NCBI GenBank assembly: GCA_051294905.1
Contig: CM119381.1
Coordinates: forward strand, 17,112,001 to 17,176,000
Direction of reading: 5' to 3'
From: Botryllus schlosseri
Lineage: Eukaryota
Length of the DNA stretch: 64,000 nucleotides
Below the pieces are notes generated by a model. That model was given only the letters and a program-made list of their open reading frames with translations, had not been told where the DNA came from and did no database searches. The position numbers and the translations under genes are program-made. Of the stretch, positions 52,301 through 64,000 are shown piece after piece (within the stretch, counting starts at the first letter, position 1; every line of letters starts with the position of its first letter).

Positions 52301-55016
52301 TCAGCAGCGCTTGACATGATCAGCAGGTACAGAGCCCGCAGTCTTTTCACCATAGGTTACTACAAGTTTTCCACCCATTCCCCTACCATAACGAGTGCCA
52401 ATTTCTTCCCATAAATAATCATTAAGCCAAGAAGGAGTGGAAGGACATTCCTGTAGGGCTACGATCTCAAATTCCCCGCCGGGTCCGTGGCGAACCGGAT
52501 TCGGCAGATGCAAGTTATGAATTCGATACTTGTCGCAGTAGGCTATCCCCAGTTGTTTGAATTTGCTTTTGTCGCCGGATCGGAAAAACACAGTCACAGG
52601 CAGCGATTCATCTATCCCTTCAAGGCGAAGTGTAGAGCTGAAGAGTAAATCCGCGCCATCATCTGATTTTGCCCAGTTCACATCGTCAAGGCGCATATCG
52701 GCAAACTTTTTCCATGGAACAAACACAAAATCCATGGTATAAGTTCTCGGATACTCCTGCACTAGGAACTCCCGGAATTCAACTTTATTGTCCAGCATGG
52801 TACAGCGGAAATCCTCCACCATGCAAGGATCCACGCGGAAACGGTGGCTTTGGTTCTCGTGACTGTAAGTGGGCTTGGCGAGTTTCTTCCTCTTCTGGCA
52901 CTTTATGGTGAATTCTGCTGAAGTCTTGCTAGGATCTGTGACTGGGAAGTAAACCTCAACAGCCTCTTGGTACCAATCTCCGGCTCTCAACCTCGCTTTT
53001 AAGAAGACTTGTCCGCGGCATTTAGAAAGTATGACTTTGTGAGGTTGACTTTCAACGGTAATGGGCTGCAAGGCGCTAGATGACATGAGAGGAAACAATG
53101 ACTGACGACTGAGATGAAGGTAGCGCAAATTGCCAAAAACATCGATCCCAGGGTGAAAATCGGCGTAAAAACGTGGGTACGGTATGTTGATGACGTGATA
53201 TTTACAATATGGTGCTAGAGATTTCCAAAATTTTGCTTGATTGATTTCGAATTCTTTGGAGCCCAGAACTTCCTTCACCCAGCTGGGTGCGAATATCGCT
53301 GCCGATAGGGAATACCTGAAATTCAACATCCACAATTAAGTATTCAATGAAAATAAGAACTAAGCCTTACTTTCTGAGTACTTTGACGGCGACCACACTG
53401 TTCATACCACCCCCTCCATAACAGCCTCTGCCAAACACATCCACTCCCACATAGACATCCGTCACCCTGGACATTACCTTCGCTAACTCAGCGGACTTCT
53501 GTAGACCGATTTCATTCCAAGAGTAGTTCAAAAAATACCGTCACAGAGGTCGAAAAATGGTCTGTCAAAAATGATTACATTCCAAGTACAAACAGTTTGT
53601 GGTTAATCCAGAGCTGTTTTGACCACTATGGGATTAAAGCTTGAACCAGTTAGCCTATATATGTGAAATACAAGACTTTCAAGCAAAATTTACAAAATTC
53701 CGACTGAATAATTTAGCAACTTTTCAGACAGTATAAACAAGTCCAGCAAAAACATAGTAACATAGGACATAATCTAACGCGACAGCTTATGTCTGAAATG
53801 AGGATCACATTTGAGTAGTAGTTTCTCAAGAAAACGAACAGTTGCGTTCCAACAAGATTACGGATCACATAGACTTTAATTGAGCCACATAGAACACATT
53901 TAATATCAAAGAGACAGCCGCTAATGTTTCATTCAATTAGAGTTTACATTCCTTGCTCGTAGTTAGTTACATAGGTGTTGTCGGAGACGTTGTAGTTAGA
54001 TTGATTTCGAACTTCGGAGGGTTAGGCTACCAGTCGAAGAACCACTCAAATAATCATGAAAAAAAATCTCACAAAACATATGGTCAATTAACTCACCGGT
54101 TTTTTACATTGAGTTCATTCTGCCGCAATATCACTCCCTCAACAGTGACACTATCATACCAAATAATTTGACTGCTAGCAATGGCACAGTGCATTTCATT
54201 CGTGAGATACTGCACGAAATTCTTCAACCTGCCCACGTTTTCAGGCTGTTGAAAAAAACAGACCGTGCGTAACCATGACTTATGATTTTTGAGCGTGAGC
54301 AATGGGCATACAACTTACCTCTATATCGTTTTCAATATTCAAAAGCCAACCCTCGAATTTATAATATTTGGCAATGTGGACAAGGGCATCTGCGACCAAT
54401 TTCCACGCCGAGTCGCTTGAAAAAATAGCTTCACATCTGCAATGCCAGAAATTTTCATAAATGCATCAACGTGAAATTCCAGTAGCCTACCTCCTGAAGC
54501 CCTCTTCACCCTCGGTTATGAACGTGCCCAACACGGTCACACCATTCCTGTGTGCACAATTGATCCACCCTACTGGAGGTATGGTGACAAAATGATGACT
54601 GAAGTAAACAAATGTGTCTACCACATCCCAATAGACCATGTAATACCAATTGTCATCCTCACACAAACTACCCTGAACAAATCTGCATAGGGACGAATCA
54701 ACACAATACAACCCACCATAATTAAAAACAAAATCTATTACCTGTCATTCAAGTATCCTCCGCCCATATCATGACACACCAGTGTTTTTGGTGATGCGTC
54801 AGGTCTGTCTTTTCCATGATATGGGGCAGACGCAATGGAGAATGACTGACCCTTATCATGACTATCATTTGATTTCCAAGCCAACAGTTCTTCCAAATTG
54901 TCAAGTGGTTTGGTCACTGGAAGACCGTTCTCAACACTTCTTCCTATGAATTGAGTGGGATCATCGTAGTTCACATCTAAGTGAATTTTGTTTGTGATGT
55001 ATGGTTCTTCTTCCAT
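52301..55016 (-). CDS. ENGASE: Cytosolic endo-beta-N-acetylglucosaminidase (GH85), paralog 1, 6 exons
   Basis: Approximate exons: 54742-55016 (KTLVCHDMGGGYLNDR), 54488-54682 (FVYFSHHFVTIPPVGW...HRNGVTVLGTFITE), 54319-54436 (FEGWLLNIEN, catalytic), 54107-54255 (IIWYDSVT), 53364-53553 (FLNYSW, VYVGVDVFGRG), 52301-53317 (SAAIFAPSWV). No signal peptide. Confidence 0.93.
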
Positions 55017-56159
55017 CTTGTTTGAATTGGTTGGATTTTGCTAAAAACAGGTCAAATGTTTGTGTATAATAATTAGTTCAAGTTAAGTCTTTTCTGAAAC
55101 ACATGTAGCCAATCTTCTGGAACTGACTGGTGACATTTAAATGATTCACCATCGACTTTATTTTTAGCATCAAGTTAAATTATCGTGAGATTTACCCCAT
55201 GAACCACATTGCATCGCAACTTCACTTTATATTAGGCGGCCACAGATTGTTCCACAGACAAAAGACAACAAGGTTTAATTATAGCAGGGACAAATACATG
55301 ACCAAGGTAAAAGTTTCAATTGATTGCTTCTGGAGGGAATTAATGGAAAGCTTTTGTTATAACGCCTTTATATCCTGTGCTTTGGTACCTCCTGTAGTTT
55401 AGAAGGAATAATAAACATATGAAATCGAAGTTCATATGACACTGTCTACGCTCAACAAAAGTTATTAAATAATACTATCATTACAATGAACAGAATATTC
55501 AAGAATTTCACGCATTCACATTGACTTGCATGATTATACAAGCGAACATTACAACTACATCGCATAAACAAGTTCAAATACACATGTGTCGAGTTTCCTG
55601 CGATTCCGTTTGCTTCAATGGATTCGCTTATCCAATAATAGGATGCGACTAGGGCTAAAACATCAGACAGATAGGTAACAAAGAATCTTAAATATAGATA
55701 TAGGCCTATATACCAAAACGAGAAACAGACCTTGACACAGGCAAATTAAAAAGATTCTATTCGACATTCAATGAACTCACCAATGACAATGAAACCGGAT
55801 AAGCGCGCAGATTGCTTGTTCCAGAGGTGATGGACTAGGTGGCTGCATGCGTACCGGACATACGCAGGATATATGAAGAACCATCGTAGTTAATAATTGA
55901 CTAGAATTCTTGATGCTAAATAAGTCTGAAGTGCCGAGTAGGCTAAAACAATTAGTAAGCTCAGGAATAGTGTGCTGGTAACATGTGCTTGGTGCAAATA
56001 ATAACGAATTCAAGTCAAATTGGACGATGATTATTCAACTTCAAATCGCGTAAAAACAACCAAAGGCAAATGATCACATAACATGGTCGGCACACTAAAG
56101 TCTGAAAGATCCATGCAAAGGCGAAAGATTTGAGGGAAATAAGGGGAAGAGCTTCTTGG

Positions 56160-56410
56160 AGGTACAGAACTTCAATATACAATTAAATAGTATATTCATA
56201 TTGAAATTCACATTGAGATCTCTGTCAACAAAAGGAGTTCGTGTACCACCTAAAAATAGTACATTGAACGCTCTCTCTTTCATGCTGGTGACGTCATATT
56301 TTGTGATACGATTGTTGATATACAATGTTCTTTCCAATTCTCTACTAGTTGCTGACGATTACCCCTGACGAGTGTCAGCCGAAAATATTCGGGTTCATTT
56401 CAATATGAAA
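56160..56410 (+). mobile_element. Solo Penelope-like pseudo-LTR fragment preceded by a short inverted tail
   Basis: 56220-56410 matches 25618-25815, and 56160-56210 matches 24532-24582. Confidence 0.85.
56361..56394 (+). ncRNA. Minimal type I hammerhead ribozyme motif, core intact
   Basis: accc CTGACGA gtgtcagc CGAAA atatt C gggt, identical in the core to 24582-24614. Confidence 0.8.
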
Positions 56411-57882
56411 TTAGGGGAGTAAATGGGGTTTCAAAACTCATTAATAAAGAAATTATTTGGAAAATTGGAATCAAATCAGCAAGTTGGATTGCTTCTTATA
56501 TTCACCACCACACCCATCTATTCGTATTACATGTATTTTACTCTGAGGTGAAAAACTAGTTGCGCGAATATTTCCACACAGATTTGTCCAAAAAAACAAG
56601 TTACATTTAAACATATTTCTGAAGTAATAAATCAAAAGAAACATTTTAAAGTATGATACATTGCAGCTGTCGTATCTGTAATCTAGATTTATCCATGCGA
56701 GCCACTGTTGCCTCCCTGGCGAAATCAGTGCTAATATTGAAAATGAAATTATCACATTTCACCAGCTCGTTTAATTAGGGGTACCATATGTTGTCTTTTA
56801 AGAGGGTTTGTCCTCTTTCAGTAGGATTTGCCCCTTTTTTCAAGAAATTTAAAATGTCTTCCGAGGATGCCCAAATGTCCACATTTTATACCTGTGAGAG
56901 TCAGGCGATTGTACACTAGGGTTACCATATTTTGGGAATCTGAAGGACTATTTTGAAAATTTCCAGACTCACAATTGGAAAAATTGGTAAATTCATTGCA
57001 ATCTTGTAGTTGGTTGACTAAAAAAAGGTCATTTCATTGAATTTTATCTAAGTTGAATTTTAACATACATTTAACCAAAATTTTCAAAAAGCGGACATTC
57101 AAAATTGTCAAAAAAGAGGAAAAATCCTCTTGAAAGAGGACGTATGGTAACTCTACTGTAAGCTACACGGACAACTAAAAATGACAATGTAGACGCGAAA
57201 ACTGGGTTTCGACAACACTGGAGGAAGGTAGTTTGACTGAAAAAAAGGTCAGCTATGAACGAATATACTTGGAAGTGGGTCTTTCGGTAGTCGAGTTGGA
57301 AAAATTACCTTTTTTTGGTCAAATCATCAACGATAACCATAGAGATTACAAAATTTTCCGTATTGGTGTAAGCTATTGTGTCTTTCAAAAAATGTGTCCT
57401 CTTCCCTAGTTTAATACATATCACAATTAATGTCACATCAGGTAGTTGATAGAGATGCAATTATTAAAATACGACATCAATATTAACAGATCGCTCTGGT
57501 GCCATGGCAACCCAAAAATTATACCCTTTGTGACCCATACTTTGAGAAAACTTTGAGGGGGAAAATTTGCGTCACAATAACTTGTAATGACGAGTCTGTA
57601 ATGATGGTAGACTATTTACTACTATCGTCGTGCTTTGTGCCTATCGAACTATTATTAGGAAAATATGATGATTGTTCTGACTTTTGATTACGTAATAATA
57701 ATTAATTCGCTACAGTTGGTGCGAGACAAAGATACTGTCAAAGCTACGATTAGTGGTGCGTCGTAAGTCAAACAAGTTTTTACAATTGTGTCGCAACGAA
57801 AAAAGTTAGGGAGCCAATGCACTCGAATTTATTATTCGGTTTATTTGAATTATTCCACGTCAGAAAAAGTAACAATTATTTA

Positions 57883-58387
57883 CAGGGTTGTAATGACTCG
57901 AGTCACAATTTTCTGATGACTCAACTTGACTCGACTCGAATCAATTTGTGTATTGACTAGACTTGGACTCGACTCATTGCGCATGACTCGAAACTCAGAC
58001 CGCCAAGACCGACATTTCATTGTAATTTCGAAGAACAAGTGAAGTAACCACCGTATTGGGATTTCGTCTATTGGTGCTGGTATTTGATAATGCGACTGAA
58101 AACTGTTTAAAGTGAGGAAAATTAGTATTTTATACATGCGAAATCACCAAAAAGAGTTATAAAAGTGGGTTTAACAAAACTTTAACTGGAAACTGAGCAG
58201 TCAACACAATGACTTGGACTCGGACTCGAGTCATAACACCATGACTCGGACTCGAACCTCTGCCATATGACTTGGACTCGGACTTGACTCGGTGGTGAAT
58301 TGAAAATGACTCGACTTGACTCGAGTGAAAACTATAAAAGTGAGATTGAATTGTGACTCGGAGCTTTATAAATTGGTTACAACCCTG
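57883..58387. mobile_element. Intact GACTCGAGTC-family hAT MITE
   Basis: cagggttgtaa / ttacaaccctg TIRs with exact 8-bp TSD ATTATTTA on both sides. Confidence 0.92.
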
Positions 58388-58854
58388 ATTATTTATGATT
58401 TTCATCCGCACAGCACAACGTTCGTTATCCTCACTGCAATTTGTTTTCATCCGGGTTTTCACATGTTGAAAAGCACTGGTATATAGTATTTGTCGAATAT
58501 TTTGCTATCAAGAAACAGAACTGTACAATCCAACTAACCTGAAGGCATAAATCTTGTGTGTTTTATGCAATCAGCGCACATTACTACATTATAGCACAGC
58601 TGTAATTCATTAAATACGCAACATAACAGCATTTTCAATGCGCCGTCTACCTTAACGTATAACCATGTAACGAACAATTGATGTTCCGCTTAACTCGGAC
58701 ATACCCGTTTCTAAGTTTAATTTGACGAGAAGTGAGTGGAATCAAGTTGTCCAAATTCAGCGGAGAGGACTGTATTTTCAAATTCGTACTTCTACTGGTA
58801 ATAGAGTGGAAATTTACAGCTTTACTTCTCCTTCACTACCAACGTCAACTAATT

Positions 58855-60022
58855 TTACCACTGCCGGCCGCGCGAGACACATTTAACACGTACGGGACCG
58901 GTAGTCTTTTCGCCATAAGTTACTGCGAGCTTGCCGCACTTGTAATTCAAATAGTTAGGCCCGACCCGTCCAAAGAAATTCTGTATACGATGTCTCTGTT
59001 CGACTCTGATCACAAATTTTCCATCCGGTCCATGGCGAACTGGATCCGGCAGGCGCAGGTGATGAATTCGATACTTGTCGCAGTAGGCTATCCCTAGCCG
59101 TTCATATTCGCTTTTGTCGCCGGAGCAGAAAGACACAATCACAGGCAGCGATTCATCCATCCCTTCAAGGCAAAGAGTAGAGCAGAAGAATATATCCACA
59201 CAATCGTCCGATTTTGCCCATGTCACTTCATCTAGACGCAGATCGATTTCATTTCCCTTTGCATCAGGGGGACACAAGTAGTTAAATGGTGCCACGAAGA
59301 ATTCCTGGATTTCAACTTTTCTGTTAGACGTGGTGCAGAGGACGTTTGCCGAAGAACAACTTGCGGTGACATCTACCTTAGTCTGGATCGTATCTTTGAC
59401 TTTGGCATGACCAATATAACTTATTTCCTCGCCAAGGTCGGCTCTCATCTTGGCTTCGAAGAACACTAACCCTACTTGCCCGGGATACGCCGAAAGTACG
59501 ACTTCGTGAGGTCCACTTTTGAGGGGGACGGGAAGAAAAGGGCCAGATGACATTTGCGGAAGCAAAGACTGACGGCTGAGATGAAGATAACGTGAATCCC
59601 CGCAGACCTCGAAACCAGGGTGAAAATTGGTGAAATATTCCTGAAGTGGTACGTTAACAGCGTGACGTTCGCAATATGGAGCTAGTGCTTTCCAAAATTT
59701 TGCTTGATTGATTTCAAAATCTTTAAAGCCCAGAACTTCCTTCACCCAGCCTGGCGCAAATATCGCCGCCGATAATGAATACCTGAAATTTGACATCCAT
59801 AATTTAACATTGAAAGAAAAAAGTGCAACAATCATACCTTCTGAGTACTTCGACGGCGGCAGCACTGTTCATGCCACCCCCTCCATAACAGCCTCTACCA
59901 AACACATCCACTCCCACATAGACATCCGCCACCCTGGATGTTAACTGAGCGGACTTCTCTAGACCGATTTCATCCCATGAGTAGTTCAGAAAAATACCAT
60001 TGCAGCGGTCGAAAAATGTTCT
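58855..60022 (-). CDS. ENGASE: GH85 ENGase paralog 2; only the last two exons are visible
   Basis: Exons ~59838-60022 (FFDRCNGIFLNYSW...VYVGVDVFGRGCYGGGG) and 58855-59787 (SAAIFAPGWV...LGIAYCDKYRIHHL), with the same intron position as paralog 1. Upstream exons were not found in 60023-64000. Confidence 0.8.
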
Positions 60023-60710
60023 GTAAAAAAATAACTTATGACATGTCAAGTATAAATAAGCTGTATGAGCAATGGGGTTTAAACTTAAAAATGATTTCTG
60101 TGCCATACAGCGGAGACAGTGAAATTACCACAAGATTTGTGCCAAAATGAATGATTCCAAAACTCAACCCTAAGTGATGATTGATGAAGCGGTAAAATGC
60201 AAAAATATTCATAATTCGAAATGTAAATCATGAAATAACTAATGCAGTTGTACGATCAGTCCATCATGCTCCACGTTAGTGATTGAAAATGGACAATAGC
60301 CTGACAGCAAGTAAACTCAAAACCATTATTTGTTGATGGAATCTTATAGTAAGCAAAGAGCCACGGTTGAAAAGCGTTGTGGAGCATTTCCAAACAGGCC
60401 TTTGAATATGTGGTCCGCGACATCATCATCCCTGCTATGCAGCTACATGCACATTTCCATTTCATATCTCAACAGAAAAATGAAAGAACAAGAAGGCTCC
60501 AGTCCATGAATTAGAGATTTGAAACATCAAATTTGGAATTGATGATAGAAATTTGGAACTGAGCAAGCAGAATTGTGAAGTACTGTGGAGTTCATGGGTC
60601 TGCTTTAGGCTTACCGTACGCCACAATGCTAAAATGTGCCAAACCAGGGGTGGGCAATTATTTTTCCCAGCTGGCCAAATGAAAAGCAGAACCTAGGATG
60701 GCGCGAATAG

Positions 60711-63687
60711 TAGGGTTGTCCAAAATTTGGAAAATCTTAAAAATACTCCGTGATTGTGTCTCATTCTATAGATTATTGATAAAAAACAACAAGCTCACAG
60801 GAAAGCCGTTAGATTTCGGGCAAAGCGTTTGAAAGTAACTCCCCACGAATTGGCAGGCAACCGACCATAGAACAGCGAGAAGACTAGTAATCAAGTACCC
60901 ACATTGTTGGTAGGTTGGCAGATGATGATCAAACAATAGCTGCTTCCAGAAAACATTTACAGCATGACTGCTTTATTGTGAAGGAAACGGCTGTAGCATA
61001 CATGCCGTGTTTTCATCGAGGGAAAGCAAAAGTGCTTATGCAAGTGGTGAACGAATTACCCTTTCAGAATGGATCCATCATCATCATCATCATCATCAGT
61101 GAATACGAATATAAAGCTTAATAATGACACTATAATTTCTGAGATCTTATTGGGCTCAAGCTGTAGTATATAGGTGACGGTTTGAATGCTCTAGGGATCG
61201 GATGTATCAGCGGGGTTATGCTTGGCACGTATCAGCTGCTTAAGGCAAATTGAATTCCCTTTCAAGTATTGTCAAAGTCCCTGATGATAACGCAGATATG
61301 AGGTGTAAATGTGTACGCGCAGGCCATGCTGGATATGGTATGTCAAATTGTCAAAGTCCTTATTGATCCCGCCGAAAAGAGGTGTAAAGAAAAGCCCAGA
61401 CTATGCTGTATAGCAGAGGTCTCAAACACGCGGCCCGCGACGGCATTTTGGAATTTCAAGTAATCAACAATATATATATCATCATATATCTTTTTAGATA
61501 TAAGAACTTAAATTTCACGCAAAAACTACTATAAAAATCACTGTGATCCCAACAAACATCACTATCACATCACTTTTAAAAGCTACCATGCGGTAGAAGA
61601 TCAGCTATTACGTCACATTTCTAGTTCATGATGAAAAAACATGACCCGTTGATGATTCGCGAATGAAAATTGTGATTTGTTTAGGTGCGACCTTCTCGTA
61701 AAATTACTTGATTTCGGATTGACTGGGTTATTAAATAAAAATGACTCGAGTTGAGTCGGGTCAAACGCTGAAATCGAAGAAGGACTTGCGAGTGCGACTC
61801 GGAATAGTGACTTGGTAATCCTACGGGCGCATCAATCTATGCAACTTTCATGGGGAATACTAATATAAAAAGGTCGTAGCTTGTGTTGCGTAGGGTATAT
61901 ATAATATTTATTCAGGTCAGTATGGCAACCATGGGTATTCTGTTACCCCGGTGACGTATATAGCTGGTTAAACGCGGTATGTTGTTTTTTCTCTTCATCC
62001 ATGTAATTATCGGTGGCGAGTAAGGTGGTAGTACGCTCTACAGCTGTAACAACAACGAATTCTTCGGCGATTGGACATTTCCATTCCAGGGGTTCTTAAT
62101 CAGGGTCCGTAGACCCCGTCGGGGTACGAAGCACCACATCAGGGAGTAAGAGATGCATTGTAGAATTTGTAGACCCATATGCTGTGGAATATTTTCTTGG
62201 CCAATTTTTTCCAACTGTAAAATAGTCTTCGTGTTACACACGATTTTGTGAATGGGCTTTCTGATTTAAATAGCTACCATAAGAAATTGTGTTGAAAATG
62301 GACAGGGGCTACTACTTATTGGAAGCACAGGGGGTACGATCACTAAAAAGGTTACGAAGCAATGTTATTACTATGGCTCAATAATGAGTGCATCTAAGTT
62401 GTTATTGATATATCGAAGGCAAAATATTATGCTTTTTTTAATTTGTGTTTGGCAATGACAGTAACAATAGCCTATAATTACCACAACGATATCAAAACCA
62501 TAGGATTAGGCTACACCGCTCAAAAGCTCTGATATCAGATCAATCTGTTAAAATAGTCTACATGAAGTTGTTGCTCGTCATAGGTCCACTACTTGCAATA
62601 TTATAACCTGACAGTTTAACGACGTCATGAATGCATGCATCCTCTCACATGAAGTCTATAACTAGTTAATTAAAAAATTCTCCCCGGCACAAAAAGAATT
62701 TCATTCAAATATTTGAAAATGTGATTTTTTTACGTATCAAAAAGCGTTGATAGTACAATAGTAAATTACATTTACACGATGTTTTTGGAATGCCTGTCTG
62801 CAAGGTCCCGTCAAATAAGGCCATTAAATATCCCTATCATTGATGCTGCGGCCCGCGGCGTCATCAAAACTAGGAAATTGGCCCGCGAGCACGTTTGAGT
62901 TTGAGACCTCTGCTGTATAGTGTCCAGCATAGTTTGGATATCAATATCCAACATAGTCTGTGGTCACCTTACCACTCTATTCTGCAGCATCATTAAGAAC
63001 TTTGACAAAACTTACAAGTGGATTCAATTTGCTGTAAGTATAACTGTCATGCAAAACCGGGTGATTCAGTCAATCCCTAGAGCATTCAAAACTTCAACTA
63101 TATACTACAACTTGGGTCCAATAAGATCACACAAAGTATAGTGTCATAGTTGAGCTTTACATTTGTATTGACTGATGATCGATCCCTTCTGAAACGGGGA
63201 CTTCGTTCACCACTTGCATAAGCGCCTTTGCTTTCCCTTGATGAAAATACAGCATGTAGGCTACAGCCGCTTTCTTCACAATAAAGCAGTCATGCTGTAA
63301 AGGTTTTTGTGAAGCAGGTGTTGTTTGTTCATCATGTATTTCGTACCTCAACATGTCCTGAATTAATCTTAAATCATCATCTGCGAACCTACCAACACTG
63401 CGCATTCATAATCCCTGTCGGTAGCTGACTCCAGCAAGTTGATACTGTCGTGATCATTGAAGCATAGCCAATCAAGAGCCGTGGTTATTTGATTACTAGT
63501 CTTCTCGCCGTTCTATGGTCGGTGGCGCGCCCATTCCTGGGCAGCTACTTTCAAACGCTTTGACCGAAATCTTAAGGGCTTTCCTGTGAGCTTCTTTCAG
63601 GCTCATTGTTGTTTTTTATCAATAATCTACAGAATGAGACACAATCACTGAGTATTTTTAAGATTTTCCAGATTTTGGACAACCCTA
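60711..63687. mobile_element. Foldback element with TAGGGTTGTCC termini and ~700/770-bp inverted arms, interrupted by a MITE
   Basis: 60711-61413 is the diverged reverse complement of 62921-63687. Flanks gcgaatag/gtgactag match 6/8 and are a probable decayed TSD. Confidence 0.85.
61414..62912. mobile_element. hAT MITE (CAGAGGTCTCAAAC termini) with a further nested MITE at ~62086-62364
   Basis: TIRs plus exact 8-bp TSD CTGTATAG (61406-61413, 62913-62920). Confidence 0.9.
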
Positions 63688-64000
63688 GTGACTAGTCAAA
63701 AATTTTAATTATATTCTGCAGTGAATTAATTTTATTTCCAAATTGAAAGTAATGAATTACATTGTTGATACAGTGGATGTGTTGATATGAGGTATCGAGA
63801 AAGTGATAGTTAATTACCAAAAAAAAATATTTATTTGCCGTCATAATTCAAAACAATGTTAATCATGATACATTCTGAACGATTTTTTACTTCCAGGCAC
63901 GTTTTTCTATAAAGACATTAAATTGTATTTGGGATACTACAAAACTTGTCTTGATCCCCGCCTCCCAAGCACTGTGCAGTGCAGCCTGGTGAAAAAGCCT

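Noticed and set aside
60915-63405. Two similar ORFs (60915-61121 and 63157-63405) as a host gene pair
   Set aside because: They are the mirror-image arms of the foldback element; similarity is explained by the inverted repeat.

Overview
AT-rich animal nuclear DNA with many 50-60 nt GT-AG introns; an ascidian/tunicate-like invertebrate is inferred, not proven. Six host genes were traced exon by exon, all on the minus strand: mitochondrial IF2 (MTIF2), two tandem SCAMP paralogs, the Golgi xylose phosphatase PXYLP1, and two tandem GH85 ENGase paralogs (the second has no 5' exons inside the window). Introns and intergenic DNA are dense with nested hAT-type MITEs with 8-bp TSDs, tRNA-derived SINEs, a LINE remnant and Penelope-like fragments. 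Five observations stand out. (1) A 3.5-kb element with ~230-bp TIRs and a 7-bp TSD carries a spliced, decayed ORF (C2H2 finger plus a region resembling the P-transposase C-terminus) with no visible catalytic core. (2) ENGase paralog 1 has Arg at the position matching Trp216 of Endo-A, the residue required for transglycosylation. (3) Penelope pseudo-LTRs carry minimal hammerhead ribozymes. (4) A ~1.5-kb foldback element has a MITE inserted at its hairpin apex. (5) A composite hAT MITE carries ~800 bp of cargo. All calls were made by eye; exon boundaries are hand-derived and may be off by a few bases.
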